A DNA stretch of 62,332 nucleotides, the filler included, from Nemertoderma westbladi (lineage: Eukaryota > Animalia > Xenacoelomorpha), in NCBI GenBank assembly GCA_032718475.1. It is 4 parts of 4 records of this genome, joined end to end, with 100 filler letters (N's around TTAATTAATTAA, not from the genome) between each part and the next. Parts side by side here need not be neighbours in the genome. Positions count along the whole stretch, not along the records: positions 1 to 20,497 come from JAUCBJ010006682.1; positions 20,598 to 37,949 come from JAUCBJ010004163.1; 2 more parts are not named here. The stretch is one strand, 5' to 3'. The position numbers and the translations under genes were made by a program. Below, piece after piece: positions 14,144 to 25,005 of this stretch. The stretch's first letter is position 1; every line of letters begins with the position of its first letter. Below the pieces are notes generated by a model that saw only the letters and a list, made by a program, of their open reading frames with translations, made no database searches and was not told the origin of the DNA.

Positions 14144-15036
14144 CACCATGTCCCAGAATATAGTGTCGTTATTCAGGTACCTGCCCCCCCCCCCCTAAAT
14201 CTTTCTACAAATCTTAATGAGATTGCATCAAATTCGAAACAGAGTCAGTTTCATCTCCCTCCTCCTCCGTGGGTGAGCCAGAATTTTTATTTTCGCTTTC
14301 GTTCTTTAGCTACAAGCGTTTATAAAAGGTGTCTCCGGTGATATTTCACCAGTTACACTCCTGATATTCTTCAACCTTATAGTGATTTGTAGGTACTGAT
14401 GGAAAGCTGACCATGTAAGGATTCCAAATATGTAACATAATCTGAATTTGGTTGGGGAATAGCTGAGATATTGGCATTCAAAAGTTGCATGGTTTTGCAT
14501 CTGCATGAGGTTATTTTATTCTATTAAATAAAAATACCATATTCAAGATCATTTTGTTTATTTATGAATAGCTACATAATAGTAATTAAATATATATTAC
14601 ATTGTTGCCCAGCTACGTATGGAATAAACAAAATGTTCTAGAATATGGTATACCATATTTATGCGCGCCTTCTTACTTAACTAATCAAGGAGAAGATCGA
14701 TGAAGCAGACCCTGAGGGTGATGGTGAGATTAACGAGGCAGAATTTCTTATAATTTCTTATAATAATGAAGAAAACTAATCTCTATTAGCGAAAGATGAA
14801 GTTTTTTATAATACGATAGATAATAATAATATTATAAATATTACTGTATGAAGATTATGGATTTTTACAATATATTTAATAGAATATGTTACATTAATTA
14901 AATAGAATAAATGTTCTGCAGCGGAAGCAAATACATGTAACATTCGAATGCCCATTTCTCAGGTGTTTCCCAACCAAATTAAAATATTTTTACATAATTG
15001 GATTCCTTGTATGGGCAGCTTTCTATTGGTACCATC
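14144..15036. mobile_element. Second, right-truncated copy of the CACCATGTCC palindromic MITE
   Basis: TA|caccatgtcccagaatatagtgtcg start, colinear with the copies at 8245 and 53673. Carries an insertion at 14651-14879 and is cut off at ~15036. Confidence 0.85.
14684..14789 (+). pseudogene. CETN: Centrin C-terminal fragment (last EF-hand and stop), frameshifted
   Basis: Reads IKEKIDEADPEGDGEINEAEFLI. Removing a 10-bp tandem duplication (aatttcttat) restores IMKKTNLY-stop, matching the centrin C-terminus EMIDEADRDGDGEV..EFL.IMKKT.LY. Confidence 0.8.
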
Positions 15037-15968
15037 GATTCCCCGTACTTAGTTCCAATTTAAGCCTCATGCAAATTTAGTTCCAATGGAAACGAATTTA
15101 GTTCCAATTTTGGCGAATTTAGTTTCAATTTAGGCGAACTTAGTTCCAATAACTAGAGAAAAACGAAAACGAATTTAGTTCCAATATAAGCGAATTTAGT
15201 TCCAATAATGGATGCGAATTTAGTTCCAATGGATGCGAATTTAGTTCCAATTTAGGCGAACTTAGTTCCAATAACTAGAGAAAAACGAAAACGAATTTAG
15301 TTCCAATGTAAGCGAATTTAGTTCCAATGGATGCGAATTTAGTTCAAATGGATGCGAATTTAGTTCCAATTGATGCGACCTTAGTTCCAATGTTTCAGGT
15401 GTGGGGCGAGCCACGTAGTTGGCGAAGAATCTGTTTAATCTACTAGGTGGATGGTTAAATAATAATTGTAAATAACTAACCCAAAATGCTCAACCAACGC
15501 CCAACCTCCTAACCAAAACAATCTTATCCCAAAAAACACCCAAGCTCTTAACCCAAACAACGCCCAACCTCCTAAACCAAACAACGCCGATCTACCTAAA
15601 CCGAAACAACTGGTAAATATTGTATTTGGTGTGAAAATGGCACAATGTGCATGACTTGAGTATATAATACTACGGTAGCACGAACTTAGTTCCAATCGCA
15701 CATTTTCAAAGGCGAACTTAGTTCCAATTGAAACGAATTTAGTTCCAAAATAAATTTTATAAAGGGAACTTAGTTCCAATCGAGGCGAACTTAGTTCCAA
15801 TCCCAGATTATCAAAACGAACTTAGTTCCAATGCATGCGAACTTAGTTCCAATGCATGCGAATTTAGTTCCAATGCATGCGAATTTAGTTCCAATGGATA
15901 CGAACTTAGTTCCAATGTTTCAATCGTGGGGCTAGCCACGCAGTAGGCGAAGCCTATTGCGTATTTCC
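15037..15968. mobile_element. Non-autonomous Helitron/Helentron-like element with (GCGAA[T/C]TTAGTTCCAAT)n arrays and a terminal hairpin
   Basis: Two repeat arrays (~15045-15395 and ~15680-15917), each ending in gtggggc(g/t)agccacg. Terminal stem-loop acgcagtaggc-gaa-gcctattgcgt. Central CCTAACC/CCAAAC-rich block. Family assignment is inferred. Confidence 0.55.
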
Positions 15969-16122
15969 ACTATTTCAGGTGGGTCAGGGTCAACAATAAT
16001 TGCAAATAATTATAAAACCCTTCTCATTTTTTATAAACTAATTATTATTAATGAATTAAAAGTATAATTACATATTATGATATATTTATTAATCATGAGT
16101 ATACTGATACTGACTGACTGAG

Positions 16123-16659
16123 TGTGACGGGATCCAAGAGGGATCCCGATTTATCCGGTTGTGGTAATTTAGTCCACGCGTCCCCGCCGTGTATAAGGAT
16201 GAAATAAAGTGACTGAGTTCTGAAGTTCGGTGTATAATAGGAAGTTATAAGATATAGATATTGTGAATGTGTACAAGGCGGGATACGGTAACTAAAGTCC
16301 CGTGATCCCCTAACTAAACTAATTGGCTGTACCCTACGCTAGCACTGCTGCACTTGAGATAACTGAATCACTGATTAATAGGTTATTGGTTATATTGCAC
16401 GGTGGCCTTACTGCTACTCAATCGATGCCGTTCCCCCCTCTGATTGGTTAATACCCTTGTTGGCGCCCCGTGGAGTATTCCCGTTAACTCCACCTGTTCT
16501 CCTTGGGTTAGGGGTTTGGCCCCTGACCCTCTATTGTGTGCTTCCTTCCCATTCTTATTGGGATGGCGCGAGTTGGTTAATTACCCAATCTCGCGGCTCC
16601 CAATATTGCTTATCGGCTAATAACTTTATGGGGTGTTGGCGGGATTGAATAAGCTAACA
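16123..16659 (-). repeat. Putative 3' LTR (TGTTAG...GTCACA, 537 bp) of a minus-strand LTR retroelement
   Basis: The minus strand reads GGGGGGGAG (PPT, 16660-16668) immediately followed by TGTTAG. Several CCAAT boxes in minus orientation; composition changes at ~16123. The partner LTR is outside the contig, so the left boundary is inferred. Confidence 0.65.
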
Positions 16660-17373
16660 CTCCCCCCCATGCTATCTTCCCGGTAAGAAGATAGCATCAA
16701 CCAAAAAAGTGCGCTACAATCCCGCTGGATCCCGATCTAGCATCGGGTGTGGGGTGGAAATCTTTTCTCTCGGAGTCGGCTTTCCGGGCCGCTCCCTCTG
16801 GGTATGATAACGCTACCCTTTACGCCTGGCGTCTCATGTCGGGCCGATCGCGCTCACCTCTTCACGCGATTTTTGTTTCCCCAACACTCTCGCCCTATCT
16901 CACCTTCACTCTCACCCTAACTCTCTCATACCCCCGGACCTCCTCGTCCCTTACTCAGCCTCTCATTCTCCCCCCCCCACACTAGGATTGCGTTCGCACT
17001 CTCTCCGCACTTCACTCTATCACTCTTATTCCGATTCTCAAGTCCACTTTGACTGTTTTTATCTCTCCTGACGAACCTCCCCCCCCTCTCGTGCCGCCGC
17101 ACTCAAGAAGTGTGAAATTGTCAGTTGTCTCGTCCATAGTGCCATAGTCATTGTCCCCCAGTCCCAGTAGCTAGTTGAGAAAGGTTGTATGACTATAGTA
17201 CTTACTCCAAACGTATATATTTTACTGCTAATCACTACGTACGTACATACGAATTGCACTTATATAGTTATTTGCATTAATTAAATTTATATTTAATAGT
17301 TCGTACGTTACATGCGGCGCCTTCCAGGCGCACCACCTCCCAGTCTCAGTCTCATTCCCTCGCCTCCGGGAAC

Positions 17374-19908
17374 TCATCTGTACCTCCTCACGTCCTCCTC
17401 CCTGGCCCGTTTCTTGGTTATCACTGTTCCTCTGGCATCATCCGCTTTCTGCTTCCGGACCTTCGCTGCCACTTCCTTGCTGATCCCGGTCGTCGGCTCC
17501 TTGGGCGCTGGTGTTATTAAAGCCCGATACCGCTTCGCCGGTGGCCCCTCAGAATGGCCTGGTTGTTTCCCTCGTGTGGCGTCCCATAGGATCATCTTCA
17601 TTGCCTTTGGTACGTGTTCCGCCAAGAAATCCCTAAACTCCCTCCGGTTCTCTGGTGTCCACCTGTCCAGGTACCGTTGCGTGTTCATAACTCCGGCGAA
17701 CGATGCCGCCGTAGCTACCTCTTGATAGGTAAACGGTAACCTTCGCTTTATTATTTCCATGTGGGTCTCCTGGTTTATGAGGAAGAAACCCCACTTGAAC
17801 TCTTGGGCCTTCATGCGCTGGCGCGTCATGGCCCCGACGTCGGCCCACTCCTCGAACCTCGTGAACTTCTCCTCGTCGCTCATCCAGTCGCACTCGCGTC
17901 CGTAGTGTCCCCGAAAGTGGCACTTTGGACATCGGTTATGCAACCGTGGACACGCCCCCATCCTGTGACTTGGTTCTCTACAATAGAGACAAAAGGTTCC
18001 CCGTTGGAACCGGTATAGGCAGCTGCTTTCCTGATGGGTCTGTCTCCCACAGTAGTCGCAGCCGAGTACCAATGTCTCGCGTCCCACCTCGTCCTTCGTC
18101 CCAAGCGATCTCCGCGGTCTATGGAGTCGCTGGTAGGCGAACTTCTCTACGTTGCTCTCCCTGTTCACGTCTATCTCTCCGCCCCTCTCGGGCATCGTCT
18201 CCCCGAATACTATCCGTGGTGCCGTCCCCGGTTGCTCGCCCAACCTGATGGTGCTCCCCGCGAAATCCATCGCCGGCCCCTCGTGCACCCAGGTCCGCTT
18301 GCCGGATCTGTTCCAGAAGGCCCTTGCCCCACTGGCCGTCACCACCCTTCCGCCAACCCAGTCCGTGTCCGAGTGGCCTATCCTTTCGATGGGCGGTATC
18401 TCTCCGAATTCGTCGTCGTCGTCCTCTTCTTCCGGTAGCGTCTCCAATCCCGGTATCCCGATGGATCCACTATGTCCCTTCCCGCCTTGGCTCTCGCCGG
18501 TAGCTCTCCATCCCTCTAGCTCCCTTAACTTCCTTGGCGGTTGGTCGCCCTCGGCGCCCGCTGGTATGGGCATCGTTTGCAACCCCGACGTCGACTGTTT
18601 CGGCGATCCCACCGTCCATCCCAATTCTCGTCCTAGAGACTCCCCCGAACTCCCTGACGAAGTCCAATGAAGCTCGTCTAGACCCGCCTGTTCCTCGAAG
18701 CCATAACTCTGTGTCCTGGCCTCCTCTTCCCTCTCCTCTGCTTCTATCCTCTCCCGTCTAGCGACTTCTTCCAGTCGCTTTGCTTCCCGTCTATCCATCT
18801 CTAGCTGCTCCCATCTCTGATACGGTGTATCCGTCTCCCCATCTACCAGATGTCGGCTGTTGTAGTACACCGACTCGCCCTTCAGCCCCGGGTGGTCTAC
18901 CAGACCGTCAAAGGCCGTCTTAAAGGCTCTCCTGTAGCTTAGGGGTGATCCCGATAACAGAAATGCCCCTGGTTCTCTTTCGATAACTACGGTCATGAAT
19001 AAGTTAAGTAAACTTATCATCATCCAGTCCTCCTGCAGGATATATCGCTTCTGATATACCTTTATCGCTCCTCTGCGAAACTGATATACCTCCTGCTTTC
19101 CCGGTCTCGCTCCCCACTTCAGCGAGTTCGCTAGTTCTGCTCCGTATTCTTCCCTAAACTTCCCCCAATCCATTGGTTTGTGGCATACGAGCCCCAATAA
19201 TTGGCCCATCGCCACCGCCCCGCATTGGCCTAAGTTCTCGACCACCCCCAATCCATCCGGTGCCGTCATAGCCATAAAGACTTTCTGCATATCCAGGAGG
19301 TTGGTGGCGTCCGGACCGATGATCCTCTCCGCGTCCTCGCGAATCGCCGATCCCACTTTCGTCGTCGACTTCTCTCTTACTAAGACCTGTACCGCTTTCG
19401 GCAGTCGGTCTAATTTCGGCCCGTCCTTCTTCCCATACGTCCCTAAGTCGAATAAGAAGATGTCCCCATTTGGCGCTGCCAAATGCAAGAGTATGGTCCT
19501 GGCCGATCCTGCCGTTCCTCGTCTCGATCCCGCTTCGTCTTCCACGGTTCCCTCGTCATCTAGGATCATATATCCTCCTCTGTTGACGGACTCTATGAAT
19601 CTTTTCCAGTCCTTCCTCGGCGATTCCCTCGGATACTTCGGAATCCCGAACTTCGCCTCGTCTCCTTTCACTACGTAGTGGAAGTGTTGGAAGATTGCGT
19701 TATCCAGCGACGGCGTCCCGTAGGTCCCGACCAACCGCTGTTCGTGCGCCTCCCGGAAGTGATCCTGCAGCGCTCGTGCCGCGTGACCCCTTTCCAACCT
19801 CTCGTAGTATCCTCTCGTCTTCTCCTCCGGGTGTCTTTCGGTGAAATCCACCAATATTTCTTTTCCTCCTGACTCCGCCTTTCTCTTCCTGATCAGCTTA
19901 CTCGCCAT
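17374..19908 (-). CDS. Intact 844-aa protein: DEDDy/WRN-like 3'-5' exonuclease domain, acidic linker and three CCHC zinc knuckles; retroelement accessory ORF
   Basis: ExoI-like ILDDEG; LLHLAAPNGDIFLFDL; LPKAVQVLVREKSTTKVGSAIREDAERI (ExoII-like); LLDMQ; W..RP...YILQED (ExoIII-like). Knuckles CDYCGRQTHQESSC, CLYCREPSHRMGAC, CPKCHFRGHYGREC. Intronless and GC-rich; first ATG at 19908. Confidence 0.8.
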   Translation of the reverse strand: MASKLIRKRKAESGGKEILVDFTERHPEEKTRGYYERLERGHAARALQDHFREAHEQRLVGTYGTPSLDNAIFQHFHYVVKGDEAKFGIPKYPRESPRKDWKRFIESVNRGGYMILDDEGTVEDEAGSRRGTAGSARTILLHLAAPNGDIFLFDLGTYGKKDGPKLDRLPKAVQVLVREKSTTKVGSAIREDAERIIGPDATNLLDMQKVFMAMTAPDGLGVVENLGQCGAVAMGQLLGLVCHKPMDWGKFREEYGAELANSLKWGARPGKQEVYQFRRGAIKVYQKRYILQEDWMMISLLNLFMTVVIEREPGAFLLSGSPLSYRRAFKTAFDGLVDHPGLKGESVYYNSRHLVDGETDTPYQRWEQLEMDRREAKRLEEVARRERIEAEEREEEARTQSYGFEEQAGLDELHWTSSGSSGESLGRELGWTVGSPKQSTSGLQTMPIPAGAEGDQPPRKLRELEGWRATGESQGGKGHSGSIGIPGLETLPEEEDDDDEFGEIPPIERIGHSDTDWVGGRVVTASGARAFWNRSGKRTWVHEGPAMDFAGSTIRLGEQPGTAPRIVFGETMPERGGEIDVNRESNVEKFAYQRLHRPRRSLGTKDEVGRETLVLGCDYCGRQTHQESSCLYRFQRGTFCLYCREPSHRMGACPRLHNRCPKCHFRGHYGRECDWMSDEEKFTRFEEWADVGAMTRQRMKAQEFKWGFFLINQETHMEIIKRRLPFTYQEVATAASFAGVMNTQRYLDRWTPENRREFRDFLAEHVPKAMKMILWDATRGKQPGHSEGPPAKRYRALITPAPKEPTTGISKEVAAKVRKQKADDARGTVITKKRAREEDVRRYR

Positions 19909-20339
19909 TCCGAACACTACACTCGCTCACCTGCAGGGTGGTGCCTTACCAAGGCGCAATACAGATGAGTGATGTATTGAGATGTTTCCTACAGTTCGAT
20001 AATGGCCTACTTTTCTACTTAACTGCGCCTTTCAAGCCTAATTTAATTTAATTAATTTCGGAGCTAGTAAATCAGCCTAGTTTACGATTTCTGTCCGTTA
20101 CTTTTATTATGTTCTAGAACGACTTTTCTTGTGTTACCACTATTTTCCGATTTTTAGCCCTATTCTATTTATTTATTTATTTTGCTTTGATTCTACTGTC
20201 CTACTACTTACTACTGCCTATGGATTTATTCTGTTCTCTCTTTGATCCATATTCTGGCCTAATCAGTGGGCCTATGCAGTACAGCAGTATGCGTCGTGTG
20301 GCCACACGATTTATCCAGCTGCACTCATATGCCCCCCTC

Positions 20340-20497
20340 TCGCTACTAACTCTACTTACTCCTAACTAATATCTATATCCTATTTTTACCCCCTTTTGCC
20401 TCTTACTCTCTCTCTCTAACTAGTGGTACTACGTACCCTCTCTAACTCTAACTCTAGGTACTACGTACCTACTAACTCTAACTCTAACTAGGTACTA
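20340..20497. repeat. Degenerate short tandem repeats (CTAACT / GGTACTACGTACC) at the contig end
   Basis: Visible repeats upstream of the exonuclease ORF. Confidence 0.6.
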
Positions 20498-20597
20498 NNN
20501 NNNNNNNNNNNNNNNNNNNNNNNNNNNNNNNNNNNNNNNNNTTAATTAATTAANNNNNNNNNNNNNNNNNNNNNNNNNNNNNNNNNNNNNNNNNNNN
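20498..20597. other. Artificial contig linker N44-TTAATTAATTAA-N44
   Basis: 12-mer with stop codons in all six frames, inside N runs; identical at three places. Confidence 0.98.
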
Positions 20598-20920
20598 CAC
20601 CAGACATTATTAACGGAATGGGAGGCGATTATTAAATCGGATATACCGGCACCAGACATTATTAACGGAATGGGAGGCGATTATTAAATCGGATATACCG
20701 ACACCAGACATTATTAACGGAATGGGAGGCGATTATTAAATCGGATATACCGACACCAGACATTATTAACGGAATGGGAGGCGATTATTAAATCGGATAT
20801 ACCGACACCAGACATTATTAACGGAATGGGAGGCGATTATTAAATCGGATATACCGACACCAGACATTATTAACGGAATGGGAGGCGATTATTAAATCGG
20901 ATATACCGACACCAGACATT
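20598..20920. repeat. 52-bp tandem repeat, at least 6 near-identical copies, truncated by the contig start
   Basis: caccagacattattaacggaatgggaggcgattattaaatcggatataccga starts at 20598, 20650, 20702 and onward. Confidence 0.95.
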
Positions 20921-21012
20921 TATGAGTCCCGGGCCGCTTATCTTAAAGTGTTATTGAATTAATTCCCAAGAACCATTGATTAATTTATTGTATTTCCAAT
21001 TCATTTAATCTG

Positions 21013-22335
21013 CTAAATCTTCTCCGGATCAAACAGTCTCTTTAATCCTTGCCAACACTTATAGTAATCCTTATCTAGTTTGTTCGAAGTTTCGCGGCCC
21101 CATTTAGTGACTCGTAGACTCAGGCTGGACTCGAACATAAAGGCCATGGTCCCGTCTGCGACTCGCTCGGGACCGAGCTGGCAGCTCGAGGCCTTCTCGA
21201 AGCACTCCGCGTCCGGTCCGTGTGGCGTCCCGATCGAGTGGAGACTCGCTCCCCCCGGTTGGAACCCCGACTCTTTGGCCTCATATCGTCCGCGGATCAG
21301 CCCCATAAACTCACTCATACAGTTGCGGTGGTAGTAGGGGGGTCGGAATGTGTCCTCGGAGACCCCCCAGCGCGGGGGAAATATAACGAAATCGGCGATG
21401 GCGACGCCCGGGCGGGTTGATTGGCAGGTCAGCACCGTGAACACCGAGGGGTCTATGTGGTCGTAAGTAACCGAGTTAACCGCGTTAAATCTCGAGAGGT
21501 CGTACTTGTAGGGGACGTAGTTACCGTGCCAGGCGACCACATCGAACACGGAATGTCCTTGTCGCGCCTCGAATAGACCCCCTTGGAACTTATTGAGCAC
21601 GAGGAAGGGCTGCTCGCTCCGGTCGTCTTGGTAACGGGCTACCGGGTGCAGGAAGTCCCGGGGGTTGGCCAGTCCGTTGGCCCCGATTGGCCCGAGGTTC
21701 GGTAGCGTTAGGTGGCCGTCGTAGAGTTCCAGAACGTATCCGCGCGACGGTTGAGTGATGTGTACCGCGAATCGGATCCCTTGTTGGACGACGGCGATCT
21801 GGTTGGGTTCGACAGTAAGTCGTCCGAACTCCGTGTCAACCCGCAGCACGCCCTCTTGCGGTACGATGAGGAAGTCCCCGTCTGAGTTGTAGAAGCAGGA
21901 TCGCCGCATGGAGGCGTTGCAGGAGTATATGTGTATTGCGACTCCGTGCCGTGAGGGGGCGTCACCCGCCCCGCAGACTGTCGCCAACCCGTCCACGAAG
22001 TCGACTTCGGTGTCGCTTATCGGCAGGTCGAACGGTTTCCATCGCAACTGATTTGGGTCCGGCGGGGCATCGTCGAATCGCCCGATGAGGGTTGCGTGAG
22101 GCCTCCTAGCGAATGGTTCGTGAACTACCGACGGCCGTATCCGATACAGCCAAGAGCGCTGGTTGGTGTCCCGCGGACAGGTGAAGGCGGATCCGCTGAG
22201 CTGCTCGGCGTAGAGCCCGTAGGGACACCGTTGTGGGCTGTTCCGAGCCAACGGCAGCGAGTTTGGCAGCGCTTCGGATAAGAGATGGGACCCGAACCCA
22301 CTCAGGTACTCCAGGTTCTCCCAATCACCTTCCAT
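21013..22335 (-). CDS. HGD: Homogentisate 1,2-dioxygenase, full-length 440 aa, intronless
   Basis: [76 protein letters not shown] and TPHGPD (Fe-ligand His/Glu/His present). ATG at 22335; AATAAA on the minus strand at 20984-20989. Confidence 0.97.
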   Translation of the reverse strand: MEGDWENLEYLSGFGSHLLSEALPNSLPLARNSPQRCPYGLYAEQLSGSAFTCPRDTNQRSWLYRIRPSVVHEPFARRPHATLIGRFDDAPPDPNQLRWKPFDLPISDTEVDFVDGLATVCGAGDAPSRHGVAIHIYSCNASMRRSCFYNSDGDFLIVPQEGVLRVDTEFGRLTVEPNQIAVVQQGIRFAVHITQPSRGYVLELYDGHLTLPNLGPIGANGLANPRDFLHPVARYQDDRSEQPFLVLNKFQGGLFEARQGHSVFDVVAWHGNYVPYKYDLSRFNAVNSVTYDHIDPSVFTVLTCQSTRPGVAIADFVIFPPRWGVSEDTFRPPYYHRNCMSEFMGLIRGRYEAKESGFQPGGASLHSIGTPHGPDAECFEKASSCQLGPERVADGTMAFMFESSLSLRVTKWGRETSNKLDKDYYKCWQGLKRLFDPEKI

Positions 22336-23328
22336 ACTCGCCAATAAATATTCAGTTGTAGTAATATAATTTACACTGTTTACTGTTATCAAGTCAACGC
22401 AGTTTTACCGTCACAAATTACAATTTATATTATATTAAACTGAAATATAACTATGTACCTTAATATTTATAATCTATGAGATTGGATTGTTAGGATTATA
22501 CATCTTTATTACGATTTTCACTTTGTAATTAAAATAATTTATTCTAAAATTGATATATTATTACGCGGTTTTATGTGTGAACGGTGCGCCCCAAATATCA
22601 CAACTTCAAGAAAAAGACGAGATTATAAGTAAATGTTCAACTGACTTTTTATCGTCTCTTTATTTTAACCAAATGTGAGGAAATCCTACCTGATAAACTA
22701 ATGTATAACCATTAATTATTGTATCCAACTTAATTCAAAATAAATTTAAATATTAAATTAGCCATAAATTAACTTCACTACCCAACAGTTACCCAACTGA
22801 CTTCCCATCCCCAACACATAATTATACATAAATACATCGACGTTCTTTATCCCAAGTTCTGTTAGAATAAACCATATTTATATTGTATTAACATCTGCGC
22901 TCCGCCAACTAAATACATTCACGTCGTGTAATAATAACGTTAGGTGTAATTATTATTGTAATTATAATAATATTATAATGGAAAGAAAAGCCTTTAGATT
23001 CGTAATGTAATCTATCATGATCAAGGGTATATAATAATATGGGTAAAGGTCACTAATTGCTAAGCAACCAATAGTTAATGAAACTGGCCCTCATTAAACT
23101 CGCAACCGATATAATGGGGGGTGGGGGTGGGGGGGGGGGGGGGGGGGTGTATTAATATTAATATCAGTAAAATTTCATTCAACAAAACTTCATTTGTTGT
23201 AGTAAAATTATTGGTTACACAAGACAATAATTATAATAACCAAGATATTGATTGGTGTCTTCCTTGATTCATCGACTTATATTTTATATATAATTTATTA
23301 TAATTATAATACCACCACTCCTATGCAG

Positions 23329-23537
23329 GTGCCAGACTACAAGGATGTCATAGAAAAACCCATGGATCTGTCTACCATGAAGACTAATATAGATCTCCAT
23401 AGTTACACCACCGCGAAGCAATTCCTTGATGATATCAAACTAATATGTGAGAATGCGTTGCAGTACAACCCGGATACTGACCCGGAAGACAGATGGATAC
23501 GACATAGAGCCAATACACTGTATGATACGGTGTACAG
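23329..23537 (+). CDS. ATAD2: ATAD2-family internal exon (bromodomain)
   Basis: tgcag| acceptor; VPDYKDVIEKPMDLSTMKTNIDLHSYTTAKQFLDDIKLICENALQYNPDTDPEDRWIRHRA is an ATAD2/Yta7-type bromodomain; donor tacag|gtaaga. Confidence 0.9.
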
Positions 23538-25005
23538 GTAAGATACACTGTATGATACGGTGTACAGGTAAGATACACTGTATGATACGGTGTACACTGT
23601 ACAGGTAAGATACACTGTATGATACGGTGTACAGGTAAGATGCACTGTATGATACGGTGTACAGGTAAGATACACTGTATGATACGGTGTACAGGTAAGA
23701 TACACTGTATGATACGGTGTACAGGTAAGATACACTGTCTGATACGGTGTACAGGTAAGATACACTGTATGATACGGTGTACAGGTAAGATACACTGTCT
23801 GATACGGTGTACAGGTAAGATACACTGTATGATACTGTGTACAGGTAAGATACACTGTATGATACGGTGTACAGGTAAGATACACTGTATGATACGGTGT
23901 ACAGGTAAGATACACTGTATGATACGGTGTACAGGTAAGATACAACATTATATGATACGGTGTACAGATAAGATACAACATTATATGATACGGTGTACAG
24001 GTAAGATACACTGTATGATACGGTGTACAGGTAAGATACACTGTATGATACGGTGTACAGGTAAGATACACTGTATGATACGGTGTACAGGTAAGATACA
24101 CTGTATGATACGGTGTACAGATAAGATACACTGTATGATACGGTGTACAGGTAAGATACACTGTATGATACTGTGTACAATTAAGATACACTGTATGATA
24201 TGGTGTACAGGTAAGATACACTGTATGATACGGTGTACAGGTAAGATACACTGTATGATACGGTGTACAGGTAAGATACACTGTATGATACGGTGTACAG
24301 GTAAGATACACTGTATGATACGGTGTACAGGTAAGATACACTGTATGATACGGTGTACAGGTAAGATACACTGTATGATACGGTGTACAGGTAAGATACA
24401 CTGTATGATACGGTGTACAGGTAAGATACACTGTATGATACGGTGTACAGGTAAGATACAACATTATATGATCCGGTGTACAGGTAAGATACACTGTATG
24501 ATACGGTGTACAGGTAAGATACACTGTATGATACGGTGTACAGATAAGATACAACATTATATGATACGGTGTGCAGGTAAGATACAACATTATATGATCC
24601 GGTGTACAGGTAAGATACACTGTATGATACGGTGTACAGGTAAGATACACTGTATGATACGGTGTACAGGTAAGATACACTGTATGATACGGTGTACAGG
24701 TAAGATACACTGTATGATACGGTGTACAGGTAAGATACACTGTATGATACGGTGTACAGGTAAGATACAACATTATATGATCCGGTGTACAGGTAAGATA
24801 CACTGTATGATACGGTGTACAGGTAAGATACACTGTATGATACGGTGTACAGGTAAGATACACTGTATGATACGGTGTACAGGTAAGATACACTGTATGA
24901 TACGGTGTACAGGTAAGATACACTGTATGATACGGTGTACAGGTAAGATACACTGTATGATACGGTGTACAGGTAAGATGCAACATTGTATGATACGGTG
25001 TACAA
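23513..25005 (+). repeat. 30-bp minisatellite (with 33-bp variants), ~50 copies, unit spans the exon-intron junction
   Basis: Unit atacactgtatgatacggtgtacag|gtaag; the first copy overlaps the exon end. Confidence 0.97.

Noticed and set aside
16460-16475. TGGCGCCC as a tRNA-Lys PBS on the plus strand
   Set aside because: Not preceded by a CA LTR end and the match is only 8 nt; the minus-strand PPT+TG reading fits better.
17312-19872. Plus-strand and alternate-frame ORFs over the 844-aa ORF (likewise over the LINE, HGD, gypsy and SEC23)
   Set aside because: Shadow frames of GC-rich coding sequence.
20340-20497. Telomeric repeat at the contig end
   Set aside because: CTAACT units are irregular and mixed with other motifs, not a TTAGG or TTAGGG array.
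21013-22335. HGD as a bacterial horizontal transfer (intronless, GC-rich)
   Set aside because: Most of the protein reads like animal HGD, and the SEC23 exons are similarly GC-rich and intron-poor. A phylogeny would be needed to exclude it formally.
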